Position numbers and translations under genes: made by a program
Assembly: GCA_964016885.1 (NCBI GenBank)
Contig: OZ024746.1
Location: 21,514,001 to 21,578,000 of the forward strand
Length of the DNA: 64,000 nt
From: Eledone cirrhosa
Lineage: Eukaryota
Reading direction: 5' to 3'
In this document: positions 13,490 to 26,416 of the stretch, piece after piece
How the letters are laid out: each line of letters opens with the position of its first letter
Position numbering within the stretch: the stretch's first letter is position 1
The notes under the pieces: generated by a model
The model's database searches: none
The model's input: only the letters and a program-made list of their open reading frames with translations
Told to the model about the DNA's origin: nothing

Positions 13490-13703
13490 GATCGACTTTC
13501 GTCAAATCGGACCGAGGGAACAATGTTTCCGTTGGTCTTTCCAATTGCTAGTACTATCTATCGGTCGCAACTCCAGGTAGAAGGAGCAACGTGAAATAAA
13601 GTGTCTTGCTCAAGGACATAACGCATCGCCTGGTCCAGGAATCGAACTCGCAACCTTACGATTGCGAATCCAATTCTCTAACCACTCCGCCACACGCCTT
13701 CAC
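13490..13703 (-). mobile_element. SINE group B (tail type 1), young CpG-rich copy
   Basis: Minus strand has A box TGGCGGAGTGG, B box GAGTTCGATTCC and core TGTCCTTGAGCAAGACACTT. Confidence 0.88.
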
Positions 13704-13900
13704 TATGTATGTATATACATATATATATATGTAATATATGTGCTTAAACACCCACATACTCAAAAGGGACAGTGCAAATTTACATTATTGGTACATATAT
13801 TTTGCATATAACTTATTTACTTTCCATAAACCACTCATGAATATAGTGTGATTACATTGGAACTATTTTTGTTCTTGTTATTCTTACTTATATTTTTCAG

Positions 13901-14081
13901 GTAAATAAATTGTTCCTGCCACCATCCAACACCTTGCACCCAACGTTTTTGTTTGGTTATGTGATTCATAGTGGTCAACGAGGCTTGTTCAAGCTGGATA
14001 TTGAAGAAATGAAGTATATAAAGAGTATTGATCTCAACCAATACAACTGTGAACCAGAAAATCTGGCTTTTATTCCACTAG
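13901..14081 (+). CDS. FSTL5: FSTL4/5-like exon E (not in ORF track)
   Basis: tttttcag|GTA acceptor, CTAG|gttagt donor, phase 0-1. Translates VNKLFLPPSNTLHPTFLFGYVIHSGQRGLFKLDIEEMKYIKSIDLNQYNCEPENLAFIPL(G). Confidence 0.9.
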
Positions 14082-14150
14082 GTTAGTTTTTCTGCAGTAT
14101 TTATATACAGGCTAACACACACGCAAAAAACATACATACATGTCTGTATA

Positions 14151-14211
<61 letters not shown>

Positions 14212-14924
14212 TATATATATTTGCAGCTCAGCTTATGTATATTTAAATAAGCAAATGTAATTTTTTAATGCATTTTTTGTGTGCATGAAAACGTGTATTT
14301 CTATGTTTGTATATTCATTTGTGTTTGAGATTATTATTGATTGATATTAGTCTTCACTATATGCATATATATTGGTATGTTTACAAGTAAAGATAAGTGC
14401 ATGTCTTATTGTATAGATGTGTATGCTTCAATTATTAAGATTATATAGATTATATTTTATGCCTTTTTTTTTTACATTGATTTCTTTAATATTTCAGAAA
14501 AATGAGGTTCATTTCATTTATATTACTGATGCATGTTACATATACAGAATGGATTATTTGCTGTAGGGCAGCATAATAACTATTTTCTATTTATTAGCCA
14601 TTGTATTATTGTAACAGGAAAATGTTATGCGTAAAAATGTTACAGAATCTTATTGGATTATTGGGTCCAAGACCAAACCTAGTCTTCATGTAATATCTCT
14701 AAGGCAAGTATGACTGGCTTAGTTTAATGTTTTGCATAGAAATATTAAATACAAAAATAGACTAAGTGAAACAACTGAATAATGAATTAAATTTGTGCTG
14801 GAAATATAAGTTGCTGTAGGCTTACCACTCATTGGTGGCACTCTAAAATGAATAGCTTATATGAAATGTGCTTGAGTTCATTGAGTCAATAGTGATTATT
14901 TTATTGAAGGCTACCTTTGAGACC

Positions 14925-15075
14925 TCTGTTGTCTTAAGTCCCTGCACTGCCGATTTCCTCCACAAAATCATAAAGACAGCAGCCCACCTGAGGAAGCAAC
15001 CCTGTGAGGCTGGGTGGATGTAGCAGTGGAGTCTCACTGTGGCAATGCCTTCACCATTCTGTATGTGGGGCATGA
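14925..15075 (+). mobile_element. CRE-like non-LTR retrotransposon 3' remnant
   Basis: Homologous to 50125-50480 (FETSVVLSPCTADFLHKIIKTAA...). Confidence 0.6.
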
Positions 15076-15224
15076 CTGAATCACTATTCAGACTATGGTG
15101 TAGTCTGCCCCCCCCCTCTCTCTTTCGTTTTTGCATTTACTTTTTTCTTTTTCTTCTTTCCCTTCACATGCTTTCGGCCCAGGATGGCTAACATAACCCC
15201 ATCCCCCCCCGCGAAAGTTATGTT

Positions 15225-15622
15225 GGTCCCACAACATCCAGGCCAAAACAAATGAGATCGTGTAGGTGTCACGACAAAAAACACACAGTCCACGCTGTAA
15301 ATGTGGCCGTGTAGGCAACACGGTAAAAACCTCCCAGCCCCACACTGTAAATGTGGTTGGTGTTAGGAAGGGCATCCAGCTGTAGAAAACCCGCCAGACA
15401 GTCCACGCTGTAATGTGGCCGTGTAGGCAACACGGTAAAAACCTCCCAGCCCCACACTGTAAATGTGGTTGGTGTTAGGAAGGGCATCCAACTGTAGAAA
15501 ACCCGCCAGACAGTCCTATGCGAGCAAGACAACCACTCTTGCCTCAAGTGGGAAAACCCCCGTCCAAACCCATGCAAGCGTGGAACACGGACGCTAAACC
15601 TGATGATGATGATGATGATGAT
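15225..15622 (+). mobile_element. RTE-tailed SINE with internal tandem duplication
   Basis: Duplicated unit ...CACACTGTAAATGTGGTTGGTGTTAGGAAGGGCATCCA.CTGTAGAAAACCCGCCAGACAG, then (GAT)n tail. Inverted relative at 19458-19890. Confidence 0.8.
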
Positions 15623-15779
15623 TGTGTTAAAATTCAGAAAGTTTTAAGATGAAATTGTAGTGAAGTATTGAGTTGTACATGTCATAACTATCCAATTCTG
15701 CAATTCAAAAAGAGGAAGTAAATTGATTGCTTGTCATTGCAACAAAGTTAAACTGCATGAGATTAATCTAAAAGTCTGT

Positions 15780-16050
15780 CATGAGCCCGAAGGCTCATCA
15801 GGCCAGTGTTTATAATGGTTTCTGTGGTGTTAAGTGACAGAGTACAAGACTCCCCTCTGGAGAGTATGCCAGTCCATCATAGGATTAAATCCCCAGATAT
15901 TGCTGGTACTCATTTTCAGCTGAGTATACTGGAGTAATTTGAAATGAAGTGTTTTGCTCAAGAACACAACACACATCCCAGTCAAGAAATTGAACCCACA
16001 ACATTATGATTATAAGTCCAACGCACTTACCACTAGGCTGTATGCCTCCA
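15780..16050 (-). mobile_element. SINE group B (tail type 2)
   Basis: Same head and core as other group B copies; tail shared with 24782 and 56170. Confidence 0.75.
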
Positions 16051-19000
16051 TAAGATTAACACTACTCTGATAATTAATAAATATATTTGGTATCCAGCCA
16101 AGTCCTTAATTTATTAGTAAATGAAAACTCTTTAGGAATTTGAATAGATTCACATAGACCTGTGCATTTTTTTAGCTTCATTGTAATAAGCAAAATATCT
16201 TTTCTAAATAGGATACCAGATTAATTCAGTTAATGTTCGCTTCATATTCCATATCTTTTCTTGAGATCATAATGAAATGAGACATATAGAAGTAAGTTTA
16301 GTATACAGGTATTCAATAAAACACCTTCAGAACTGTTATAAACATGATAGTCATTGTTAGAAAGAAAACCACTTAAAGTAGTAAACTATAACTGTGTTAC
16401 AAGCTGCAATTTTATATATGAATTATGTAATTCAATCAATCTGAACATCTACTTCATTATTTAATAATTTGGCTACCTTTCCAGAAATGTTCAGAGTTAT
16501 TCATTGATTCTAATAGTCGACTTATTGTTACAAAAATGTAAATGGTCTCTGGCCAAGTGAATAAAACTATTTGTCCAATACCATCATCATTCTTATAACT
16601 ACTTCTTCATGCTTACATGGGTTAGATGGGCCCTTTTCAGCACTGCAGCTCTCCACTCATTGCGTTCCTTCATCATCTCCTTGAGACAACTTGTCAAAAT
16701 CTGACTCTGGTTCTATGAAATAAAATCACCCTTATTTTAAAAGACTCTTATTTGAATTAAAACCTTCCAACATAATTCCGTATAAAAACCTTGTGTTAAG
16801 TTATGTTACAAATACCAAAAATTATTCTATCCAATGTTCTAATGACTCTGCCAATTCACTGCTAATAGAAATAAAATAATAAAAGGTTTAATTCTTGACC
16901 CTATTTTATGAGAATATGTGCCATACCTGTATAATGCTACTATAATATAACACTGAAAAGGATTTTAAGAATTATTTAGAAAATTATTAAGCTTGTTAAA
17001 ATGAAATGTTATTGTGAATTTAATGAATAGATGAATTTAGAGGCTACAGGTACAAATTATACATTCATTAATTCACCTCTATATCATGAATACATATCCA
17101 GCATAGGTGCTTTGTTATAATTCTAGATAAGACCCTTAAATAGATCTATATATCAAAGTTCCTCTGAGAACAGAAGTTGTCAACTTAATATAATCAACTG
17201 AAAGGTTGTTACTATAGGGTATTTGATGTGTCTGTGGCCACATCTTTTAACTCACACACAATTAAGATGTAACATATATATTCGAATATAAGCTGACTCC
17301 TATTTTATGTCTGAGAAATAGGCAAGAATCCAAACCCTGTTTAGGCTGGTATTCAACAGATATACCAGCTTAGGCTGGTATTCAACAGATTATGTTTAGA
17401 TCGTATTGTTTTGAAATTCTCATGAGTATAAAATATATTTTTATTGATGTTTAAAAGGTTTTAAGTGTTGTTTAGAATATAGAATTTTATTCACAACTCC
17501 ATTATATCAGGAGTTTCCATTATGTTAAGTTTCAACAAGTTTCTCTAATATTTGTTTACTTTCAGTCACTCACATGCTAGCAATACTTTGAAAGCAATAA
17601 GAGAATTTTGTATAGAGATTCACAGAGTAGAAGGGGAAGGGAGAGAGAGAGCAAGTGAGAGAGAAGAGAAGCAGAGCAAGAAAAAAGGGTGAGCGCAAGA
17701 AGGGGGAGAGAGAGATTGAAAGCAATAAAATAAAATCAGAAGTAAAATTTCAATTTTACATGAGATTGAAAGAAAAAGTAATATTAATTCAGAGAAAAAT
17801 ATGTTTTTCTCTTGCTTAGTAAAAAAAAAAACATGCATGTGTGTCTGTGCATGTATATGTATGGGATATTTATATATTAAAAAGTCCAAATTACCAAAAC
17901 TTGTTGGAAATATTTTCAGTGGAATCCATAAATAACATCAATGACAATGCGATGTAAATGTAGAAAATCAGTGTTTCATTGTGAAATCATTTGAGATATT
18001 TTATCACTTATTTACATAGAATTTGGAGTCTGTGAAAATCGTCAAAATATTGCCACCCAAATATAAGCCAACCCATCATATTATGATCAAATCTTTTTTG
18101 GTTACATATTCCTTGGCTTATATTTAAGTATATACAGTGTAATTATTGTTAAATTGTTGACGGTTTTTGCTGGTCTGGAGGACTATCCGACTTTTTTTCT
18201 AACCTCTTTAATGCAATTGAATTTGGGAATAAGCACTAGTTCAATGGATTGAAGATTTCTTCAGAAAAATATCAATTTTATCTATTTGTTTCATTTTGGG
18301 GGAGATGAGAGGGAGTTCTTTTATGGTTTCATCAGAGTAGGAATGGTAGCACCCATGAAATTTATGCAGTGTCTCCAAAACTGATAGGGAAAGAGTAGAA
18401 GAAATCTTAACTCATATGAGAATTTATCCAAATCCTTGACACTGAGAGGATTCTACTAAAAGCCTTAACAGGTCTGGTAATCTTATTAAACCAGGCAACA
18501 TATTAAGTCGACCATGCAAGAGTAAGTGCAATGCATAGAATAGACCTAGACAAAATGTCAGTCATAAAGTCTAAATCGACTCAAAGCTGTTGTATATATA
18601 TATATGATGTGGTTTCATAGAATTTCTATCTACCAAATTTCACTCACAAATTAAAACTAAAGTAGAAGACACTTGCTCAAGGTGAACCAAACTGAAATCA
18701 TGTGGTCATGTGGTTACAAAGCAAACGTTTCCACCACACATTAATTCCTCTTTATTGTATAAATTTTAAATGAAAATTATGATTATATTTTTATGTCTTT
18801 CATTTTTGTATAATAAAACGAAATAGATATGTATTAGGCATAAAAAAAATGCATATTAGAAGGAAGACAAATATTTATATTGAGCATCCACCGTAAGAAA
18901 TTGTTGAAGAAGTTGGAAAATAGCATGTAATTTTGCACTTCACATCCAGCAATTATTGTTAGTTGAGAATAAGTGTATTTTCAAGTATATACATGTATAT

Positions 19001-19361
19001 AAGAATAATCTTATTCTAAAGATACCACAATATACTTAAGTGCTTAGATGAAATATAGGCAACTGCATTTGGTGCTAGTTTAGTAAGAATAAATTAATAT
19101 ACTCCTTTTTGTTTTTATATTATATATATAATTTTAGGTTTTCATTTTCTATTTAATGCTTGAAGGAGTCACATCAATATTTGTAGCCAATGTGTAAATG
19201 CATGAATCAATAGGTATAGTTTGGTTACTGTTGTGTTTTGAAGGGTTTCACATATAAGAGTAGAAATTGATAGAAAGACATTCTCAAGACATGAAATTCA
19301 GTGAAAAACAGAATGAAGGTTTAGGCAGAATACAAACATATACATACATGTATATGTATCC

Positions 19362-19431
<70 letters not shown>

Positions 19432-19457
19432 GCATACATACATTCATCATATATATA

Positions 19458-19890
19458 TATCATCATCATCATCATCATCGTTTAACGTCCATCTTCCACG
19501 CTTGCATGGGTTTGGATGGGAGTTTTCCCACTTGAGGCAAGATTGGTTGTCCTGCTCGTATAGGACTGTCTGACGGGTTTTCTACGGCTGGATGCCCTTC
19601 CTAACACCAACCACATTTACAGTGTGGACTGGGTTTTTTTTACCGTGTTACCTACATGGCCACATTACAGCATGGACTGTGTGTTTTTTTGTCATGACAC
19701 CTACACGTCTGGCGGGTTTTTTACGGCTGGGTGCCCTTCCCAACACCAACCACGTTTACAGTGTGGACTGGGAGGTTTTTACCATGTTACCTACACGGCC
19801 ACATTACAGCATGGACTGTGTTTCTTTTTTTGTCGTGACACCTACACGACCTCATTTGTTTCGGACTGGATGTTGTGGTACCAACATAAC
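19458..19890 (-). mobile_element. RTE-tailed SINE with internal duplication
   Basis: Reverse complement relative of 15225-15622; (CAT)n on the + strand. Confidence 0.8.
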
Positions 19891-19974
19891 TTTACATCGA
19901 AAGGGGTGGTGGGGCGGGGGGGTTGGGGGTATTTTTGTTAGAGGTGCCTACGGACTGTAGGTTTCGCTTTGTAC

Positions 19975-20235
19975 TTAGGCAAGGCGGATCTTCTGTATTA
20001 CTGTGTAGCGCCAAATATCTCGGTCCAGTGACATTGTCTTGGAGAGGTGTAAGTGTGTCAGATCGGAATTTATCAAGTCGTCCCAGGTTTTTCTGGGTCT
20101 GCCTACTCCGTGGCTACCATCTATTTTTATCGCCTTGCATTTTTTTATACAGCTGTCGTCTTTCATGCACATCACATGACCGTACCAACGTAGTCTTCTC
20201 TCGAGTAAACAACATCTCATCCCTCTCATTCCTAA
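19975..20235 (-). mobile_element. RTE LINE 3' fragment
   Basis: RRLRWYGHVMCMKDDSCIKKCKAIKIDGSHGVGRPRKTWDD...DRDIWR, the RTE C-terminal motif. Confidence 0.88.
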
Positions 20236-20772
20236 TTTCTAAATTATTATATATATATATGTGTGTGTGTGTGGAAGTTGTATATGTGTGGGTCACAAAA
20301 CTAACTCACTAGATATGTAATGGTAAACATTGCCTTGCTTTACAAAGCAAACAATAAATGTAAATTCAGCTGTTTATATTTCTGTATGCATATCAGAAAA
20401 TCCAGCCTGGTTGTTTTGCAGCTAACTCTTTGTGAAGATGGAATGGGAGAGAGAGAGAAGGAAAGAGAAATAATGGAGAGAAAGATCTAGAGAGAGAGAT
20501 GATGCTTATGATAAAACTGAGAGAAAGAGAAATAAAGAAAGAGAAGTAGAATGAATGAACATACATTTAGAGTGGGAATGAGTGTATAAATAATCTTTTG
20601 AATTGGTAGGGGTGATGTCATTTCAAGAGTTTCATTGTTTTTGTTCTTTTACACTCTCTCTTTCTCTCTCCTTTTCTGTGTCACACAACCATCTCACATG
20701 TATGTTGTGTATATATATATATATACACACAACATACATGTGAGATGGTATATATATATATGGTATATATAT

Positions 20773-21012
20773 ATAAAACATCTTAAGTTTTCCATCTTGG
20801 TTATTCGTGCATTATCCTTTATATATATCATCATCATCATCATTAAGTTTTTCATCCATTTTTTAATGGTTGCGTGGATTGAGAAGGACTTTTTCAGGCA
20901 GACTCCTTCCCATATAACTCTTATCCTGAGTATGCATCAGATGTCTATAACATTTTTGCACACTGTAATTGATGATTCCTCTAATGCCAACTTTTCCCAT
21001 TCAGTTGACCTG
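20773..21012 (+). repeat. Inverted local duplicate of 24037-24277
   Basis: About 240 bp, only a handful of differences, flanked by the direct repeat TGAGATGGTATATATATATA at 20741-20760 and 21011-21030. Confidence 0.88.
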
Positions 21013-21039
21013 AGATGGTATATATATATATATATATAT

Positions 21040-21335
21040 ATAGAATTCACAAGAATCAAAGCTATGTTCAAAGCATTTATTCACTTACAATTGTTTCATC
21101 CAAACCTAGGCTTGGAGTTTTCGGAGTATTTTTCAATGTTTGTACATATAATTGACCTCCTTTCCAACACAAGAGACATACAGATACATATATATATATT
21201 GATGTACAGTGAAGTGACATATATTATACTATACTATTTTTGTACAGCAATTCAAATTCAAAATCAAAATCAAAGTTAAAATAAAAATCAAAATTAAAAT
21301 ACATTCGGCAGATAACACAGATAATGCAAGAGGAT
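21040..21335 (-). mobile_element. PLE-type terminal repeat (family P2)
   Basis: Near-identical to 26841-27110 and related to 62110-62400. HHR on the minus strand at 21082-21128 with the core mutated to CCGAAAA. Confidence 0.72.
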
Positions 21336-21417
21336 ATTATATATATATATTAAATATTATATATATATATAAAATAAAATAAATAAGTCAAATGTTTAAA
21401 ATTTGGCTTCGTTTATT

Positions 21418-21472
21418 ACTGCTATATATATTTCGGTGACAGCCATGCTTGGCTATGACCTCTTCAGGCAGT
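21418..21472 (-). ncRNA. Minimal type-I hammerhead ribozyme (family P1, second copy)
   Basis: Minus strand: ACTGC CTGAAGA GGTcATAGCC-aagcat-GGCTGTcACC GAAA TATATA TA GCAGT. Confidence 0.8.
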
Positions 21473-21658
21473 CCAAATTAGTGTGGTAGAAACGAGTACA
21501 CATGTTGTTGAGGTGTTTAACTTTGTTAATACTCTGATATGCCCAGTTCCTGGTTGGGTTGTTATTTCACTGAGGAACTGGAACCTGCGCACTTCGTCGA
21601 GTGCTCCAATCTGCATACTAAGGTGTTAGTATACAGCCAATATATACTAAAAAAAAAA

Positions 21659-21690
<32 letters not shown>

Positions 21691-21724
21691 AATATATATA
21701 TATATAAAGTAAACAGAAATAAAG

Positions 21725-21995
21725 CAAATGACACAGTGTTCCAATGATCATGGTCAGTTGCATCTATCAATACATTGTTCCAAATTTGTTGATGGGTTCC
21801 AGGCCTTTGTCAATTGTCTACCACCAGTTCATATTGGGACATCCTCTTTGCCTCTTTCCATGGTTTTCATAGGGTTACTAATACAGAGTCTGATTAGCTT
21901 GTCTCTCACTTGGGATTTATGTGACATGTGCCAACTAGCTAAGATGATACTTCCACATGATGTTAGACACACATTGTTGGTGGGTTCATTGGACT
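21725..21995 (-). mobile_element. Degenerate LINE (RTE-like) 3' fragment
   Basis: Minus strand has decayed L..LAHV and KRQRGCP..NW motifs, ending at a TA tract. Confidence 0.4.
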
Positions 21996-22204
21996 GAAAT
22001 TGAAAGTGTATGAGATTAAGAAAAAATACAAAACACGCAAAAAAGACATGTTCTCCTTCCTACCCACATACAACAAGATCTGGACGAAATTTTAAAAATT
22101 AGTTTCATAGATTTTTGTACCCTAGACAGAATAAAAATGTTTTATTTGTAAGAGTAGAACTTTTGTTATTTGATTCACCATATATTTTGTTAGTTCTATT
22201 AATG

Positions 22205-22251
<47 letters not shown>

Positions 22252-23149
22252 TTAATTTATGATGGTCACCGAATTTACTTCAGTGAGCTCTGGCCTTATA
22301 TATATGAGAGAGAGAGAGAGAGATGATTATAGTGGAGTATTTCACTATACATATATATACATGTGTGTGTGTCTGTGTGTGTGCTTGTTAGTTATTATTG
22401 TTGATCTTGTAAATGATAGGGGTTGTTGTTCTTGTTGTAATTGTTAATGTCATCATTGTTGGTGCTGTATGAGTTGTAGGACTTGTTATTGTTGATGTTA
22501 TGCAGATGTAGGTTTGTCTAATCAATAGCTGTCTTACTAATGAAAGTAAAATTCAAACTGACACCTAATTCAATAAATCGATTGCTAAGTGGACAACACA
22601 ATACAATCCCTGTTCCATTCAATTGTGGCATTTAGATGTATAGCAACCATTTACATTGTGTGAGTGAATTATATTGGAGAAATTATATAGTAGGGAAAAC
22701 GGATATTAAATGATGATGATGTATGTATGATACATACATACATGCACTTATACATATATATATATATATATGCATGCATACATACATATATATATAGAAA
22801 ACATTATATATATTGAGTATATATAATGTATATATAGTGTGTATATGTGTTGCAATGTCATTGGTGCCAAGCTGTATCAGCCTTTGCTTTTTCTTGGACA
22901 ACATTGGTGGTGTGAAGAGGAGAGACTGGTATGCATGGGTGACTGCTGGTCTTCCACAAATAACCTTTGCCAGACTTTGCGCCTCGAGGGGGAACTCTCT
23001 AGGTGCAAATCTCTTGGCCATTCATGATCTTTTAATATAATTATTATTGCAAACAATTATCATTATTCCAAATCTTTCTTTTTTTCAGTTGTTGAGTTAT
23101 ATATGATAGCTTATTATTGTTATTGTTTTATTTTTTATTTTTATAATAG

Positions 23150-23344
23150 GTGGACACATTGTTATTCAGTGCTCAAAGGATGGACATCAACAACCACTTC
23201 AACTGATACTTGATTACATTACTGACAATGTTATTGCCAATTTATCTGTCTCAGGAACACCATATGTTTCTCCAGATTCTCAGCATCTCGTCAATGTTAA
23301 CAAAGACACTGGCCTTATTACTGTTTCAAGAATTTCAGAAGAAG
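23150..23344 (+). CDS. FSTL5: FSTL4/5-like exon F (not in ORF track)
   Basis: taatag|GT acceptor after a T-rich tract, GAAG|gtaagt donor, 195 nt, phase 1-1. Translates (G)GHIVIQCSKDGHQQPLQLILDYITDNVIANLSVSGTPYVSPDSQHLVNVNKDTGLITVSRISEE, with the GTPYVSPD motif. Confidence 0.92.
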
Positions 23345-23374
23345 GTAAGTTTGAAAAGTATTATAGTTGATCTA

Positions 23375-23890
23375 TAAAAAAAAGTACCAGTCAAGTACTG
23401 GGTCGATTTTTCCTCTACATCTCTTCCGTTCTCTCACTGTCTATCCTTCTCTGGAAGAACTCTGTTGTATTCAAACCTCAAGAGGAGATGGGTTCCACCA
23501 GGTTTTAAAATGCCCTACAAAACACTAATCAATACAGCACCCCTATGACTTCCTCAGAAGTTATGGGACCATGCATATATATTTAATCTAACATTTATCA
23601 AAATATTTTATTTTGAGAAGAAGGAAGGTTTGAGAAGCAGTATATTTCATATAAAAAAAAATACCAGTCAAGTACTGGGGATGATTCTTCTTCTATATCT
23701 CTTTCTCCCTTCCATTCTCTCTTACTCTCTATCCTTCTCTGGAAGAAATCTGTATTCAGACCTGGAGAAGAGATGGACTATGTCAAGTTTAAAAATGCCC
23801 TAAGAAACACTGTATACAGCATCCCTATTACTCTCTCGGATGTTATGGGACCATGTATGCATATATAATCTAACATTTATCAATATATTT
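23375..23890 (+). repeat. Two tandem copies of a SINE-related repeat (about 23375-23610 and 23655-23890); third copy near 44335-44500
   Basis: Shared TACCAGTCAAGTACTGGG...CCTTCTCTGGAAGAA...AAAATGCCCTA...TTATGGGACCATG...AATCTAACATTTATCAA. Confidence 0.75.
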
Positions 23891-24781
23891 TTATATAGTG
23901 AACCACCATTCAGTATTTATGCTTTTGTATGGCAGCCGAATATGAGCACATAATGCAGAAAATATTCAAATGCTAGAAACAAATGAGATGAAAATGTGTT
24001 GGATGTGAAATGTCAGCATGCATAAACAACTGGGCACAGGTCAACTGAATGGGAAAAATTGGCATTAGAGGAATCATCAACTACAGTGTGCAAAAATGTT
24101 ATAGACATCTGATGCATACTCAGGATAAGAGTTATATGGGAAGGAGTCTGCCTGAAAAAGTCCTTCTCAATCCATGCAACCAATAAAAAATGGATGAAAA
24201 ACTTAATGATGATGATGATATATATATATAAAGGATAATGCACGAATAACCAAGATGGGAAACTTAAGATGTTTTATTCTTCTAACACATGTTTCTACAA
24301 GGATAAAGTAAAAATAATTATGAGATAAAAACAAGCATGATGAAAAACATTTCTCGAACTCCAATATTCCTTTATTGATGTATGAAACATTAATAATTCA
24401 CATTCATATGTCATCAGAGAATTTATAAATATTTATAAGAGCAATTTCAAGGAAAAACGATCCATATATTACTACAAAGATATATTAGAGACGGGATCAT
24501 CTCTAATGTATCTTTATATAGTCTCAAACTAAAATTTATCCCTACTTTATTCTAGGATATTACTACTATTTCGATTACACTTAACTAATAAATATAACAC
24601 AGTGTTATATTATTCTTCATTACAATAGCTTCCATCAAATATATCCCTCATTTTTAAACAAAATTTCCATGAATCCATGATCTTTATCCTGCACTCCCAG
24701 AATTATTATGTATGGTTTATCGATAATCTCTCATTTAGTTACCTATATTTTCATATATATATTTTGTTATTCTAATTCTAG

Positions 24782-25040
24782 TGGAGGCACATGGCCTAAT
24801 GGTAAAGGTGTTGGACTTATGATCATAAAGTCATGGGTTTGATTCCTGGACTGGGTTGTGATTTGTGCTCATTTCACATTGCTCCAGTATACTTAGCTGA
24901 AAATGAGTACTAGCAATAGTTGGGGTTTTAAACCTGTGATGGACTGTCATCCTGTCCAAGGTGAGTCTCATATTCTCAGTCACTTAACATCAAGGAAACT
25001 GAGTTAAGCATTGGCCAGATGAGACTCTGAGTTTGAGACA
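24782..25040 (+). mobile_element. SINE group B (tail type 2)
   Basis: GGAGGCACATGGCCTAATGG head and CATTGCTCCAGTATACTTAGCTGAAAATGAGTAC body. Confidence 0.75.
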
Positions 25041-26127
25041 CACATTCTATATATTCTAATACTATAAATATCCCTTCACAATTTATAGCATTAGCTCTCA
25101 TGATTCACTTACGTTTACTCTATTCTATTCATTTTGTTTTAATTAATCTACTGATTCTCTTCTCTTATCCTTCACTCTTTTACTCTATTCTTGTATTTTC
25201 TCATTTATTTTTCTTTTACTCTCACCCCCAGTCCTGTTCTCACAATCTAAACATTGGCAAATTTGATCTACTACCTCTAACTAAAGGTACACCATCTAAG
25301 CTCTATAACCAAGAGAATATATTATAACACCAACCATCCTCATATGCCACACAAGTGCTACTGTCTGGGAAAGTTGTTTAATAGATAAAATCAACATTCA
25401 CAAGGTATTATAAACTCATCCTTAATGATGATAAACAGTAAGAAACAAATCACACAGCTAGGCCAAGATTTATTGGATGAGGGGCAGAGTGGGCAAATAC
25501 CCAGGGCATCACTCTAGGAACAGCCCCTCATCCTCTCCAAATAGGGCTCTACATTCATCATCCAGAATGTAGAGCATAAGAGAAGGATAGAAAGGGTAAA
25601 AATGAGAATGGTAAGGTGGATGAGATGGTTGGGTCATGTGTTGAGGAAGGATGAAAGTGACTGGTGAGAGGAGTGATGGAAATAAATGTGGAGAGAGATA
25701 GAAAAAGAGGGAAGACCAAAAGATACATGACCATGGATGATGGTGGAGGAAATAGAGAGAATGCAGTCAATATAGCAAAATATAGAATCTTATTATGTGG
25801 CCTTAAAGTATTTGTTGTTATATAAGGAGCCCACAAAGCTTGAACTTCCCTGAGCCCCCCAGTATCTAAATATGGCCAAGTGAGATGTCGACTAACACAA
25901 GTTTATAACCTGAGTCATCAATCAAAGTCAGACAACTGAAACACCTCACAACAGTCAAAATAAGTAGTAAACAACCAGAAAATAATACACTAAATACAAG
26001 CCACACCCTCTGATATCTAAACAAAAACGTGACTACTTCATACAAACAATTTAATGGAACCAAACCATATGCCACAATGACACCTTAATGGTATATTGAC
26101 ATAACCTTTTTCTGATATTATCTTTAA

Positions 26128-26170
<43 letters not shown>

Positions 26171-26171
26171 T

Positions 26172-26416
26172 ATATATTATTTATTTATGTTTACACACTG
26201 AACAAAAGCAGTACCTAAGGTTTCAAGGCCCAATAGTGGCCATATCTCCAAATAGTAAGAGGGATCAAAATTGTGGCCTAATCTTCAGGCACTTAAACTA
26301 ATCCAAGCATCTGAAGATTAGGTCACAACTTACTATCTGGAGATGTGGTCAATATTGGGCCTTGAAACCTTAGCTACTGCTTTTGTTCCATGTATGAACA
26401 TAAATAAATAATATAT
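26172..26416. mobile_element. Fold-back inverted-repeat cassette with an HHR-like motif in each arm (PLE-type)
   Basis: Arms 26172-26288 and 26311-26416. Left arm on the minus strand reads CTGAAGA ttAGGCC...GGCCTt GAAA CC-tta-GG TA ctgctt, then ATAAATAAA. Confidence 0.75.

Noticed and set aside
13625-13703. tRNA gene
   Set aside because: A and B boxes are present, but the sequence continues into the SINE core and tail and is multi-copy; it is a SINE head.
20635-21279. 214-aa ORF
   Set aside because: It runs across microsatellites, the duplicated segment and the P2 repeat, with no protein-like features.
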